From: Camelus ferus
Lineage: Eukaryota
Direction: 5' to 3'
Length of the DNA: 64,000 nucleotides
NCBI RefSeq assembly: GCF_009834535.1
Contig: NC_045697.1
Span: 85,934,001 to 85,998,000, forward strand
Made by a program: the position numbers and the translations under genes. Shown in pieces: positions 52,501-64,000 of this stretch. The stretch's first letter is position 1; every line of letters begins with the position of its first letter. The notes below the pieces were generated by a model that searched no databases, was not told the origin of the DNA, and saw nothing but the letters and a program-made list of their open reading frames with translations.

Positions 52501-54791
52501 ACTGTTCTGAGAAACGTGTATCTTAAAAAAAAAACTTCCTCAAAAAAACTCATAAATGCATTTTTAGAAAGGACAAAATCTGGCCTATCACACCTAAACA
52601 AAACAATGTCTTCCTTTCTCTCCACATCTAATGATAGTCTAACACGCACATAACGGATTACGTTCATTACTGCGCTCCTGACTACTGCGGGACAGCTGCC
52701 ATGGGGAAACTGTGTGTAAAATTATGGAGAAAAGCAGTATTTCTTATCCATTTCAGTTTCAGCACAAAGGCAACTAGGAATTGTGCTTAAAATAATTTCT
52801 GTTCTTTCTTTGCACTTGTTTCTCAAAATAACAAACACAAATTTTCAGAATAACAAAACTGTATTTAAATTTTTCATGTCTGTACTAATTCATTTAGTAA
52901 AAAATTTAATTTTCACTTTCAATTATTTATCGAATAAGAGCATTTAAATCAATGATTTAAAAATTCATTTATTAAAACACCACTCCAAAAGGAATCAAGA
53001 CACATGCAGGTGCTGTGTCATAACAAAACATACTGCAATGCAGGTTTACACCTGGAAAACAGATAACACAACAGTCCTGAGTGGGAAGCACAGAAGGAAA
53101 GGGCAGTTATCCCCATGGGATCTTCCAGCACCTCTAGACTGTCAAGCCAGGAAAAACAATCACATGAGGATAAGTTGGGTGAGCATTATAAACCAACATC
53201 CAGTAACCAAGAGACTGGAAAAGAAAGGAGGAATAGGAAAGTCAGAATCATAAAATAAATGATATTTATGAAAGCATATTAGATTTCAAACTCGTCTTAA
53301 AAGATAAAGCTGCTCTCACATTTGACCTTGGGATGAAGTGTGCTCTTACCCTGCCAAAGAGAGTTTTAAAAGCCACAGCGATTTCCTGGCGTTGAGCGTT
53401 ACTGCGGGATGTCAACAGGGTCAGGATGCTCTCCTCATCGGTGCCTGCAATTTATGTTCGAACTGTTACATCTCAGCCCCTACATCCCACTCTCTCAGTA
53501 ACCTGTGTAACCAGATCTCCATTAATTCCTTACCTCACAAAATATATTCTATTACATAATTTATTAAACTTTAAAATTAACAATTACAAAATGTTATCAT
53601 TTCCAATAATACATACTAGCCCCATACATTGTGAAGTAAATGCAAAAATCCTCCTGACTTTTTAGAAACAGTGCATCTAGCTTTTCTTGCAACTAAAAGT
53701 TTCTCATATAACAGCTATTCACAAGGCACAGTGTGTTGGGTGTTACAGGGAATTGAGGGGAGAAAGATATAGACCCAGGTTTCAAGTTACTGGCAATTTA
53801 GGGTAAAAATACAAAAATACAAATAACTGTGAGGTAAGACAGAATGGGACAAGTGCATCAAGAGAGGTCCAGGTGCTAAACAGGGTTCAAAGGAGGTTCT
53901 CTTAGCTGATAGGAGGTGGAACAGAGTCCAGGGGAAAGCTTCATGGAGAAGGTGACATCCAAAACCATCTTGAAGAATGAAAAGACTGCAACAGGCAGTG
54001 ACGACATAGGGAAGGAAGACAGGCTTTTAGAACTGGGGAAAAGGTCAGCAGCAGGAAAATACAGGGTTTTCCTGAACAGCAGATCAGCCGGCATGGCTGG
54101 ATCAGAGGACACAGGCGATACAGGGAAGGCCTTGCACGGCCAGAAAGCTGCACCTAACCCTGCTACAACAGGAAATCTCACACAGTGTTCAAAATGGAGA
54201 GTGACGGGGTCAGAGCCAAGTTTGAGGAAGGTGGATCCCTTCACATGGACATGAGTACAGAGGGGGCCGGAGGACAACGGGATCAGTTAGTTATAGATGG
54301 AAATCCTCATGATGAGTTAAGTGGCTAGAAAGGAGAGCGAGGAAAGAGAAGACAGCTGGAGAGAAGAATCCTACAGAACTGCTATGTGACTGCGCAATGA
54401 GAGAGAAATGCTGCACAGCTGATCACTCTCAGGAATGTCTACTTATCTACTCAATCAGCCACTCAATCATACAGACAAAGTGGAACAGCTAAAAAAAACA
54501 GAGGCTGAACTGCACTCCCGTTCGGTTCTAGACAATGAAGACTGGAGGTGGCCAGTCATCGTTTTGCTATCTTAAGGTAACTTTTCTGTCTACATACATT
54601 TCAAATCAAAATATTCTAAAAGTAATTTTACTACAAAAGAATGACTTTTGTTCAGAAAAACAAAAGTCACATTTTTTTTTTAGAACAAAAAGAAGGCTGA
54701 ATTTACCCAGGCCCTTCATGGCCTTCCGAAGAGTTTCCGCATCAGCCCGCTCATCAAATCCGGGGAAGCTCGTCACAGTGCCTCTGAGAAC
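37516..54791 (-). CDS. ANXA5: Annexin A5, spliced CDS: exons 3-13 in window, N-terminal MAQ exon outside. join(complement): 54707-54791, 53350-53444, 52082-52195, 49663-49753, 47097-47176, 46706-46762, 41736-41829, 40709-40804, 39112-39170, 38792-38914, 37516-37578
   Basis: Eleven exons of 85/95/114/91/80/57/94/96/59/123/63 nt have AG..GT boundaries and splice in frame to [36 protein letters not shown]...[14 protein letters not shown]. This matches mammalian annexin A5, with four annexin repeats and their GxGT loops. Predicted length is 321 aa including the missing MAQ. Confidence 0.98.
38067..38130 (+). repeat. (CA)n microsatellites separated by a short duplicated unit (aaaatcttgctca), in ANXA5 intron 12
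   Basis: cacacacacacacacacacaaaatcttgctcagctgagcacacacacacacacagttaaaatcttgctcaacc. Confidence 0.8.
38792..38914 (-). CDS. ANXA5: ANXA5 exon 12 ([41 protein letters not shown])
   Basis: 123 nt; AAG acceptor after a polypyrimidine tract, GTAGTA donor; overlaps ORF 38696..39004. Confidence 0.97.
39112..39170 (-). CDS. ANXA5: ANXA5 exon 11 ([20 protein letters not shown])
   Basis: 59 nt; TAG acceptor and GTAAGT donor. Confidence 0.97.
40709..40804 (-). CDS. ANXA5: ANXA5 exon 10 ([33 protein letters not shown])
   Basis: 96 nt; TAG acceptor and GTAAGT donor; overlaps ORF 40701..40967. Confidence 0.97.
41736..41829 (-). CDS. ANXA5: ANXA5 exon 9 ([32 protein letters not shown])
   Basis: 94 nt; CAG acceptor and GTGAGT donor; contains the diagnostic ELKWGTDE motif of repeat III. 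Confidence 0.97.
43575..43790. mobile_element. MIR SINE remnant
   Basis: Core gagttacttaatgtcttcttgagcctcagtgccttcatctacag. Confidence 0.65.
44368..44499. mobile_element. MER5A-like hAT-Charlie remnant
   Basis: ctcaaagtgcagtccc..cccacccagacctcctgagtcacaacctgca..aagtctgagaagcactg. Confidence 0.7.
44960..45570. mobile_element. MIR followed by L2 remnants
   Basis: ctgagcctccgtttcctcatctgtaaaa (MIR core); gaagggttttaag..ttttaagcagggat (L2). Confidence 0.6.
45830..45955 (+). mobile_element. Tigger1 3' terminal fragment
   Basis: cattgagaaaccaaacaacttcatgtgatccactttattgtgatatatactttattgcatagtctggagccgaacccacaata. Confidence 0.7.
46706..46762 (-). CDS. ANXA5: ANXA5 exon 8 ([19 protein letters not shown])
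   Basis: 57 nt; TAG acceptor and GTGGGT donor. Confidence 0.96.
47097..47176 (-). CDS. ANXA5: ANXA5 exon 7 ([27 protein letters not shown])
   Basis: 80 nt; CAG acceptor and GTATTG donor. Confidence 0.97.
49663..49753 (-). CDS. ANXA5: ANXA5 exon 6 ([31 protein letters not shown])
   Basis: 91 nt; CAG acceptor and GTACAT donor. Confidence 0.97.
50616..50764 (+). mobile_element. Vic-1-type SINE (long form) in ANXA5 intron 5, antisense to the gene
   Basis: Near-consensus head, (TAAA)n, aaacctaattacc segment; perfect 17-bp TSD aaaagtaaaacatttta (50599-50615 / 50765-50781). Confidence 0.93.
52082..52195 (-). CDS. ANXA5: ANXA5 exon 5 ([38 protein letters not shown])
   Basis: 114 nt; TAG acceptor and GTAAAA donor; overlaps ORF 51947..52189. 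Confidence 0.97.
53350..53444 (-). CDS. ANXA5: ANXA5 exon 4 ([32 protein letters not shown])
   Basis: 95 nt; CAG acceptor and GTAAG donor; translated by hand, not in the ORF track. Confidence 0.97.
54707..54791 (-). CDS. ANXA5: ANXA5 exon 3 ([29 protein letters not shown])
   Basis: 85 nt; CAG acceptor at 54792-54794 and GTAAAT donor at 54701-54706 on the minus strand. Confidence 0.97.
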
Positions 54792-55227
54792 CTGGCACAG
54801 GAAAAACAGTGGTATCATTCAAGCACAGCTAATACGACAATCCACATAAACAGCAAGCCACTGGCTCTATATCGTGTTCAGACTTTAAATACATTACCAT
54901 TTGATAAGATATAGAAACCCCATCTGAAACGTGAACTGGACCATTACAACATCAGAGTCAGCCTTGAGACGACGTATAGGAAAACCTTAGTGTTGCTATA
55001 GCAGCCAAAAGTATACAAACAAGAGAAGAAGTGTCTCCCAGTTTGATCTCCCAGCCTCAGAGCGTTGATTGGTAGCAGCTTTCACTCCCTGGGCCCTGAG
55101 CTAAACAAAAGACTGTGGTCAACTAGGAAAGGGGGGTGGGGAGGGGTGCTCGCTCCTACTTATCTCATGGGAGGTCACGAAACTAAGCCAGAGCTCTTCA
55201 TTCTACTAAGTGGGAAAATGTGATTCT

Positions 55228-56020
55228 GTGATTATAATAAGAAATACATATTTGGTCTTCATCCCCATTTCTGGCACAGAGCTCCTAAGACCCTTGGAAT
55301 TCCCTAATGATAAGAGCTTGAATATTCATAGCAAACCCCCTTCAAACACATCTGAGTTTATGTTACTAAAGTGACTTTTGGAAAGCATCTAAGGATGCTT
55401 GTAAGGGGAACCAACCATGTGATTAGAGGGTTGGAGCTTTCAGTCCCATACCCCCACCCCCACCTCAGGGAGGAGAGAGGACCCGGAAATTGACTTCACT
55501 CACAATAACCAATGATTTAGTCAATAATGTCTATGTAATGAAGCCTCCATAAAAACCCAAAAAGAAAAGGTTGGAGAGCTTCCAGGCTGTTGAACACATG
55601 GAGATATGGAGAGGAAGTTCCACACCCCTTCCCATATATCTTGCTCTATGCATCTCTCCCACCTGACTGTTCTTGAGTTACATCCTTTTATAATAAACCA
55701 ATGATCCCTGTAAGTAAAATGTTTCTCTGAATTCTGTGAGCCACTCTAGCACAATCAAATACAATGATGGGCTCACTAGAAATTTCAATCTATAGCCAGT
55801 CAGAAGCACAGGTGACAATCTGGACTTGAAACTGGCATCTGAATGAAATGGATGTGGGGGGAGATGAAGGAGGCAGTCTTGTAGGACTGAGCCCTTAAAC
55901 TGTGGGATCTGATACTATCTCAGGTAGACAGTGTCAGAATGGAGTTGGACTGCAGGACACCCAGCTGGTGCAGAAGAATTGCCTGTTGGTGTGCGGAAAC
56001 CACCCCCTACATTGGAATTG
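55228..56020 (+). mobile_element. MER21-type solo LTR in ANXA5 intron 2
   Basis: tgtgattataataagaaatacatatttggtctt..ctggcacagagctcctaagacccttggaattcc..accaaccatgtgattagagggttgg..caggtagacagtgtcagaat. Confidence 0.8.
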
Positions 56021-56419
56021 GGCTCAGAACTCTTAGAAATCCACCCACAGCCAGGCTAGTCTCCATTTCCACCCTACCTAAAAAGCACAGATGCATACTG
56101 GCCAATAAACTCCCTGCCATTAGTTCTATCAAGCTGGAGCTGCTTGAAACTGAATGGCTGAGTACTAGCACTTTCCCAAGGTTCAACATAATTAAAAGGA
56201 GCAATAGGTTGGGAGAGAAACTGGTAAGATTTAAGAAGATGGCCCTTCAAAATTGGTGTGAGTTAGCAAAGTTATTTCTCTCAGGTCAAACTGCAGTTTC
56301 TCTCTGTTTAGTAAAACCAGTTCAAAACGATGATGAAGACACCATCAACATCATCATAAAAATGGATAAATACCATAGATTTTCTTAATGTGAGAACTTG
56401 GATGATTAGTTCACCTGTC

Positions 56420-57740
56420 TGTTTATTTATTCACTCAACAACCATTTTTTTGAATGCCTTCCACATGCCAAGCATTGTACAAACCATTAGGAAAAAGTCA
56501 TGACCTCTTAAGTCAAGAAAAAATGACAGGCATGTAAATAATCAGGTGCGGTAGAGTATACATACACGGAGATTTCATCAGCGTGACGTGAGCACATACA
56601 GGAGGGACTGAGACGGGAAGAGCGGAAGGGAAAGAAATGGGAAAAACTTCCCCAAACGTCTTGAAAATTGCCTATGACTTTGCAGGTTCGGGAAAGCAGA
56701 GAAGGGCAAGCAGGTATTTCAACACACAGGAAAATGTGGGAGAATGAAACTTTGCTGTACTTTGGACAAAGGGTTAAGCATTTCAACAGGCTGGAACAAG
56801 CAGTAAGGTCGGTCAGAAAAGCAAACAAGGGAAAGGTCACAGTGGGGGGCAAGCACAGGCTGGAAGCCCTGCTAAGAAGAGCAGCTGTCAGCCCAAAGGC
56901 GGCGGGAAGCCCTTGGAGAGCGCCTAAGCAGGGAGGAACAATGTTGACCCTGCAGTCACATGACTAGGGCAGCAGTAGGGACAACGGGAGGGACTGTGCA
57001 TCTGTGGAGACAGGAAGCCTGTTTTAAAAACTAGTAAATATAAAAAGAAGGTAAAAAAAAGACCTGATCTAAGTCAGGAGCAGTGGAAATGGAAAGAAAA
57101 AGACAGACGAACAGACAGGGCTAAGGCAGAAGGGAACCTTTTAGGATGACTCCTTTTTCTGATAGGGAAAGGAAGGCTGGTTTTGCATTTCTCCACGTAC
57201 TGGAAGAGAAGCAGGATTGTCTGTTACCAGGGCAAAACTGGAGTCCTGCGAGGAGGCTCATGAAGGCAATATTGATGGGGTGGGAAGAAGAGTTGGAGAA
57301 GAAGGGAAGGTCACCTACAAACAGAATGGCAACTAACATCAGCTGAGGGCAACAACGAGCCAGGCACCATACTCAGGGCTTCATGTGGATCTTCTCAGTG
57401 AAACCGCATTTTACAGATGAAAAGACACACTGTCGTAGAAAGGTTTGGTGAATCACCCAATGACCAGCAAGCAAGACAAGTAGCAGAGCCGGGACTTGAA
57501 CACAGGCTATGGGACTGTGGGCTCTTAACTATGATGCTCCACAGCCTCCCAAAGGCAAAGGGAAAATCCAAAGAAGGTGACAGCATGGAAGTCAAAGGAG
57601 AAGAAATGTTCTAAGAGAAAAGGAAGAAAAGCCAGTGTCCAAACCACAGGGAAGTCAAGTGAGAGGGACGATGAAAAGGGGCCCACTGGAGTTGTAACTA
57701 GGAGGTCCTTGGTGGTGGTAAAAGCCTGACTGGAGGACAC
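56420..57740. mobile_element. L2 remnants with an embedded MIR (~57350-57540)
   Basis: tttattcactcaacaaccatttttttgaatgcc (L2 end); cattttacagatgaaaagacac (MIR core). Confidence 0.55.
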
Positions 57741-60039
57741 TGAAGGGTGAACTGGGAGGCAGAGCATCTCTGTGAACTCCTATTTTACAAATGACTTTTT
57801 TTTTAAATCCTTTTCAGAAAGACACTTTAAAAAATACCTTATCCAGTTTATGACTCTGAAGAAGTGGCTAGCAGATAGAGAAGTTAAAAACAGGGAAGAG
57901 GTTAAGAACAGAGGAGACAGGAGGGATTTGTCGTAAAAAGAAGGGACATCTGACCCCCGAGCCTGAAGGAAGCGTAGTGAACCACGGGAAAAAAAGAGGT
58001 ATCCTCAGAGTCTCAGCTCCTAACACGAAGAAGACATACCTGCTGGCTGTATTTTTGAGAGCTTTCTAGAAATTGGGAAATACTCTCGCTACATTCCATG
58101 TGATTAGAGTCATCATGAAAGCTAGCAAAGCCACGTAGCCGTAGTAAGGGACCAGATGTGAATCACAGGACGTGACTCACGAGGGCAGAACCCGCCCTCA
58201 CAAAACTGTCCACACTGGACAAAGGGGATCCTGCAGGACTCACAAGAGGACGTCCCTGCTTCCTGTCATTCCCACTAGCCTCAAGTTCAGTGGGTGCACC
58301 TTCCCCAGGTTAATTCCAGTCCTAAGTAGCTACTGTTCCCTTCACCCATCCTCAGTTCATCCTCAACTACCCTGGGCCCCTGCCACCAACGCTGTACTAA
58401 GGGAATTATTACATATACTCAGACAATACATGGCCAAAACATGTAATTCACTCTTTTAACTCTCAACTTCAATTCTCCTAGCTCTGTAATTTTCTTTGGC
58501 TTTTTCTGTTTGTTTGCTCTAAGTGAAAAAGTTCTTTACCTTCAAAGACTAGGTATGCCAAGATAAAATGAATAAAATTAAGCCAAAACACAAGTGGAGG
58601 GTTGCTTTTCTAGACACAGAATTTAGAAGCACAGGAAAATAACACAGAAACAATACTCTAAATTGAAAGACGAGAAAACGTTCACCTAGTCTGAAACATT
58701 CTAAACTGAAGCTTTCCTGAAGGCACAGAGGAGAACTAAATCCTCTTTAAATCTGCCTTCAGTTCAATGAAATCGACACCTAAATACCCCTCGGTGCCGC
58801 GAAGCAGAAGCCAGGCATCGTGAAGCAGACCACTGGGGCTGAGCAGCTACACAAGGATTTCTGTGTGTGGTTCTTCTGAGGCTCAGGTTTTGCAAAAAGC
58901 TTTTGGAGGCCCTCAAGGAAGGTGGGGAGGACGAAGGCCAAGGGCAGAGTCCTCCCTCCTCTCTCCAGGCACAGTAGTTCAGGTCTTATGTGAGGGACAC
59001 AGTACAGGCCCACTAATATTTCCTGTGATAATGGGTCCCCTGATGAGCAAGGAAAAAAACTGAAAAATCACTGTACTAAGAAAGAAATGAGATGAGCAAG
59101 AAGGGGGGAAAAGCCAGGGTGACAGGATTATGACTTGAGGTGCACAGTAAATTAAAGACCAGGAAACACTAGAACCTCCCAGAGGACTGAGGGGTACAAA
59201 CACATACAATCAGGGCTCAGAAATAAGAACTCACACCTGCATCTTTACCGTTGCTCGAGACCATCAAACTATCGAGCCCACAGTTCAAAGCCTTAAATTT
59301 AAATTGGTCTATAACTATTGTTAAGTTTCCCATAACTTCCTTTCCCTTTCATGCTCCTCCTTATTTTAGCATTTTTTCCATTCTGTCTGAGTATCCTACT
59401 ACCTTTGACTTCTCTCTTAAACTCAGATGTAAGGAAAAAAAGCATCACTATAAAACAGTTCAAGTAGTGCACACAGTGGTAGAAAAGAAGTCTTTAGAAA
59501 CTTAACAAAACCAAGGTTGTCAATATGACTCAGGCTTTTGTTGTGTTTCATTAATGCTCCTCTGGCTACCTCCCAGCTAGTACAAGAATGCCTTCCCTTG
59601 GCAATTACCAATACAATGGAAAGTTTAATTAACTGCTTTTGCATAACGGTGATACCTCTGAATTGGTTAACTCGGGCAAACACACCGATCTCTGCTGAAT
59701 ACACATGATGGGGGGGGGGGGGATATTCCCAGTGGTTCAACTGGCCACTGTGCACACAGCACAAGAAAAGCTCTATCACTAACCAATTCATTCATATCAA
59801 TGCTTCAATCAAGTTTATAGGTTTCTCACATTAGAGAATAGTGTGTGTGGGTTCACAACTTTACCTCCTTTTGCATCTACACAAGGGGCAGAAATCTAAT
59901 GAACATGGCTGGTCCTAGACAAAGGTAGGAAATAAGTCAGCCTCCAGTCTTTTCAATTGTAGGAAGAGATGAATAATATATAAACAAATGGATGACCTAC
60001 AGAGATGAAAGAGGATTTAAAGATGCTATACACTCTGTT

Positions 60040-60700
60040 GTGTATTAGACAGCACCACCTAAGTGTTTATAAAACTCAAATTCAGCAAATCCACTGTTTT
60101 TCCCCCACATTCCTTCCTCAAAGAAAAACACAACCAACCACACCATCAAGCAAGTCAGTCATCTTGACCTCAATCTGGCCCTTCACCCCCAACTCCCATC
60201 CTATTCATGCATCCAATCTGCCCAGTCTCCTACAGTGCCCTCCTCTCTGAAGTCCCAGCTACTGCCTGGTTTAAGCCCTTAAGATTTCACTAGGATTACA
60301 GCCACAGATTCCTAAGTGTTCTTCCAATATCTAGCTTCCCTCTTCTTCCCCTGCTTCACCACCCCACCTCTGCAGCCCCCAGAAACACAACAACACACTG
60401 GCCCCAGGGCGATCTTTGTGAAATATCAATCTGACCACGGCACACCCCAACTTACCACTCTGTGGTAGCTCGACATTACCTACAAAATGGCTCGTATTCT
60501 TCAGCTCTGGCTCCAGTCTGCCTCTCTGGCACCCCTTTCCAAGGCAGGGCCCCATCTCCCCACTGACTGCAGCTTTACCCCAGCAGTGCCACGCTGCCTG
60601 CAGCTCCCGGCCAGGCCAGACTCCTTTACACCCCGAGCATGTGCTTTCGCTGTTGCTGCCTCTACATATCATGCCTTTCCTCCTTTGTCCCATGTGACTA
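60040..60700. mobile_element. L2 remnant
   Basis: gtcagtcatcttgacctc, cactaggattacagccacagattcctaagtg and gagcatgtgctttcgctgtt resemble L2 sequence. Confidence 0.5.
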
Positions 60701-63700
60701 GTGCCAGCTAAGTAATCTCAATTTCCTTTTCTGTGAAACTGAAATAGTATTACTTATTTCCAAAACTGGATTATGACCACTAAACAATGCATACAAAGGA
60801 GTCGGCAATGCATCTGTTATACCAATAAAACTTAGTTCCATTTGCCTTTTTATTTTTCATAACTAACAATACCTGGCACACAGTAGGAACTCAAGTTTCA
60901 TACAGTCATGAATGCATGCATGAATGAAAAGTAAAGAGCACAGTTAGGAACTGGTGTCCAAAGAAATGACACCAACTGGAATATGCATTCCTTCCAACTA
61001 ATCAATGGCTTATAGGTTTACACATTATACAAACCACTAAACTGAAAGGGTCGGTCCAAAAAACACTTAAAGCCAAGGTCTTAGGAGCCCTAATTTTTGT
61101 AAAAATATTAACTGATAATTTGTGAAGTTTTAGAATAATAAACTTCTAAATCATTGAAAGAAGAAAACCAGATTGCCACCTCTAACTGGCTGCCACCTGT
61201 GTCCAAGGGGCACTAGGTCAAGACAAGAGAATTAAAGTTAACTGAACGCCAATGAACTGCTCAGTGGCTTGCAAAGCAGCCAAGCAGATTCGAATTTAGT
61301 TCTTTCTCAGCATCCAAAATGAAGACCAGTCAAAGGAATCAGAAACTGGGAGAAACTAACCCAAAGCAGCACAGGCCACTGGTAAACAGGTAACCTGATC
61401 TCAGAACCCCCGAGGGAATCATTCAATACGGAGAGGTCTGACCTTAAAGTGACAGACCTGAAGAAAAGATGCACGTGACACCCGGGCACGTCCTCTGGCA
61501 TAAACCTCATCTCAAATGTACTTATTTACATTCAACCTGCTTGCTCTGCACAGGGCCCTTGTAAATGATCATAGTGTAATGATTTCAAACCAACCAAAAA
61601 AATTTCTAATCAAATCTTGTACAGTTTAAGTATGTATCAGACTGATAACTCTGATATTCGTGAAGTTTCTAGCAAAAAATTATGTAGCCTGCTTTTGCTT
61701 CATGACAGTCCTGCGACCCTGAATACGTTAACTCTTTACAAACAATATTATAAATAAAACTAAGTTCCAACTGCCCAAAGTATAACTTTTTAAAGTTTCA
61801 TTATCTTAAAGGAAAGATATAAAAGCCTTAAACTGAATTAAAATATATTAAATGGATCATTCATCTAGGAAATATAGCCAACTCTTGATCTTTCCGAACC
61901 AAAGAACACAGTACACAATGTAACCTTAAGTACTTAAATAAATTAGAATATCTACGAAATAATTTGGCTCTAGCTAAGCAGTGAGATTTAAAAAAAATAA
62001 AATAAACCTGTGTGAGCAAGTTCAGCAATAGGAAAGAAATAAGTCAGGACCCAATTTAAGAAATCCAACCCAATATGTGATAAGTCAGATTAAAGAAATG
62101 ACCCTAAAATCTAATGAAAAATCCACATTTATATAATCAGAAGTTGACTGTTGGATGAAAGTATTCAAAAATATGTACTATAGACAATGCAGGCAATTTT
62201 AATAGCACTCTGGCCATTCCTTAGTAAATATCTTGAATTAGCTTGCACCCAAATTTAACATAGTAGATTGTGTTACCGATCCAATAATGATAATTTATTA
62301 CTCATTTAGCAAACTTTATGCTAAAATAACATGGATGTTGTAGTTTCAAACCAGATAAATATTAAAGCATTCAAATGAATAGTTTCAAGCATATAAAAGT
62401 AAATACTGTCTAGGAATTGTTTATAAGCAGGTACATTTATAATTTATATTTTTCTTGTATATCATGGAGAACATACAGTTAGCCAGTGTGTTCTTGAAAG
62501 AGTCTGGGAAGCCTCACGTTAGACTACTTCTCTCCATAGTCAACTGGTTAAATCCCGCCTATCTCAATACTGACGGATGAGGATTAGGATCAGAAAGAGA
62601 AGGCAGAGCTCAAGTGGTGGTTACCCATAAATGCCTCCAACTCCGAATGTATTTGCCCAACAGGATCATTTAAGTCATTTTTTACGTAGTTTCCAATATG
62701 TGCCACAGCTTTGCCCGCTACACTGACATCATTAGGCTAAAATTAAACTAAAAAAATGGCATTGATATGAATTACATTAACCATAATAATTTATAACTTA
62801 CTTATATAATAAATATATTAACACAGATATGCACAAAAGCGTAAAATATCCCTAATAATATAATTACATTAAAAAAAACTTCAATGTATCTATCAGTGAA
62901 GACCGATCAATGCTCTCCTGTCAAATTCTTAACAAGACAGTCATGCCTGTGATCTATGTATACGATAACTGACTCCTGGATATCTTAAAGACTGTTATAG
63001 GTGGGGTAGTTCCAATGTTAAGTAAAAAGAGAAAACCACCAGCATGGAAGATTTAGTTCATAAATATGAAGAACCACTGTTGGAGGAGGCTTCCTTCTAA
63101 TTTTTCAGTAAATAAGAGACATTAATATTTTACAATACATTTTATATTGCCAAAACGCAAAACTCTAAGACTCAGGCATCTGACCCCATTACTCTACAGA
63201 GAGCCACAGAGTGGAGGTCTCTGGTTCCCATACCCACAGGTCAACAAAAGGTACTACCATGGAAACCATTTGAAACCTAACACTGAAGGACTTCAGCTTT
63301 CCAATAATGATACTGGGATCCCAAGGAAATTTTAGACAGTAAAAGTCCAATTCCATAATGTGGGCATTCTGCCCACCATCAAATGTTAAGACTAAAGCCA
63401 ACAAAACTCCATCTTAATATTAAATATTTTAACAAAATGTTTTATTTCCATGGTTTCCAAGGATAACTAACAACAAAGGTACTGCAAAATTCAACACCGG
63501 ATCTTTCTTAACATTACTTGTCACTTTCATGATAACTAAAATCTGTGACTTGGATAGAAAACAGTCCTGGTTATACTGTGATAGAGGTCATATACATAAC
63601 TCTATAATACAAGCCACATTCTCCAGGTTTTGTATATATAAGGGCTTTCACACTATTTTCACTCTGAATTTATTAATGCTCACATTTGGGAAAATGTGAT

Positions 63701-64000
63701 TACTGATACTATCTTGGGTAAAGAGTCTACATAATTAAAAGAACTGATTGAAAAACTTCATAAATCACTGGGTAAGAGATAAGAGAAACAGCCAAATGAG
63801 CTAGGATAATGAGAACAATTCTCTGATGCGTGCTAAATCATCATTTACATCACCACCAGCATATCAAGATAGGAAAAGTAATTCCTGGTGAAGGAAAGTT
63901 AATTCCATATAAAAGTATCCTTTATGGGGAAGAATCTAAACCAAAGTCTCCACTTTATGTAATATGAGAATTGGTTTACTGTTATATTCCTTAAGTGCTA

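Noticed and set aside
38696..54818. ORF-track extensions around ANXA5 exons (38696..39004, 40701..40967, 51947..52189, 54606..54818) as separate annexin-like genes
   Set aside because: Only the parts between the splice sites match annexin; the flanks are translated intron.
55939..56388. 149-aa ORF antisense to ANXA5 intron 2
   Set aside because: It starts inside a MER21-type LTR and runs into unique intronic DNA with no recognisable homology.
59710..59722. G13 homopolymer in intron 2
   Set aside because: An isolated mononucleotide run with no supporting context.
54792..64000. Search for ANXA5 exons 1-2 and the promoter CpG island
   Set aside because: I saw no ATGGCACAG|GT exon or CpG island, so the region is treated as intron 2, with the 5' exons presumably beyond the window end.
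1..64000. CRISPR array, operon or other prokaryote-type novel system
   Set aside because: The sequence is mammalian (spliceosomal introns, L1/SINE/LTR repeats). No regularly spaced repeat-spacer array or dense coding region is present.

Overview
This is mammalian genomic DNA, almost certainly from a camelid (camel, alpaca or llama): it carries six tRNA-Ala-derived Vic-1-type SINEs and camelid-type L1 3' ends. The right part (about 37.0-54.8 kb, minus strand) holds coding exons 3-13 and the 3' UTR of annexin A5 (ANXA5). All 11 exons have canonical AG/GT boundaries and join in frame (957 nt including the stop codon). Exons 1-2 (5' UTR and Met-Ala-Gln) were not found and probably lie just beyond the right edge. 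The left ~36 kb is intergenic and mostly decayed transposable elements: nested L1s, MLT/MER21-type LTRs, an ERVL pol relic, Tigger MITEs, L2 and MIR. I found no evidence of a new gene or a novel multi-gene system. The most notable observations are genomic-history features: a ~300 bp local duplication with filled and empty SINE sites, an L1 whose tandem-repeat 5' UTR is fused directly to the RT region, a tiny twin-primed L1 insertion, and a CpG-rich patch inside an ancient Tigger element. Repeat subfamily names come from recall of consensus sequences, not from a search.
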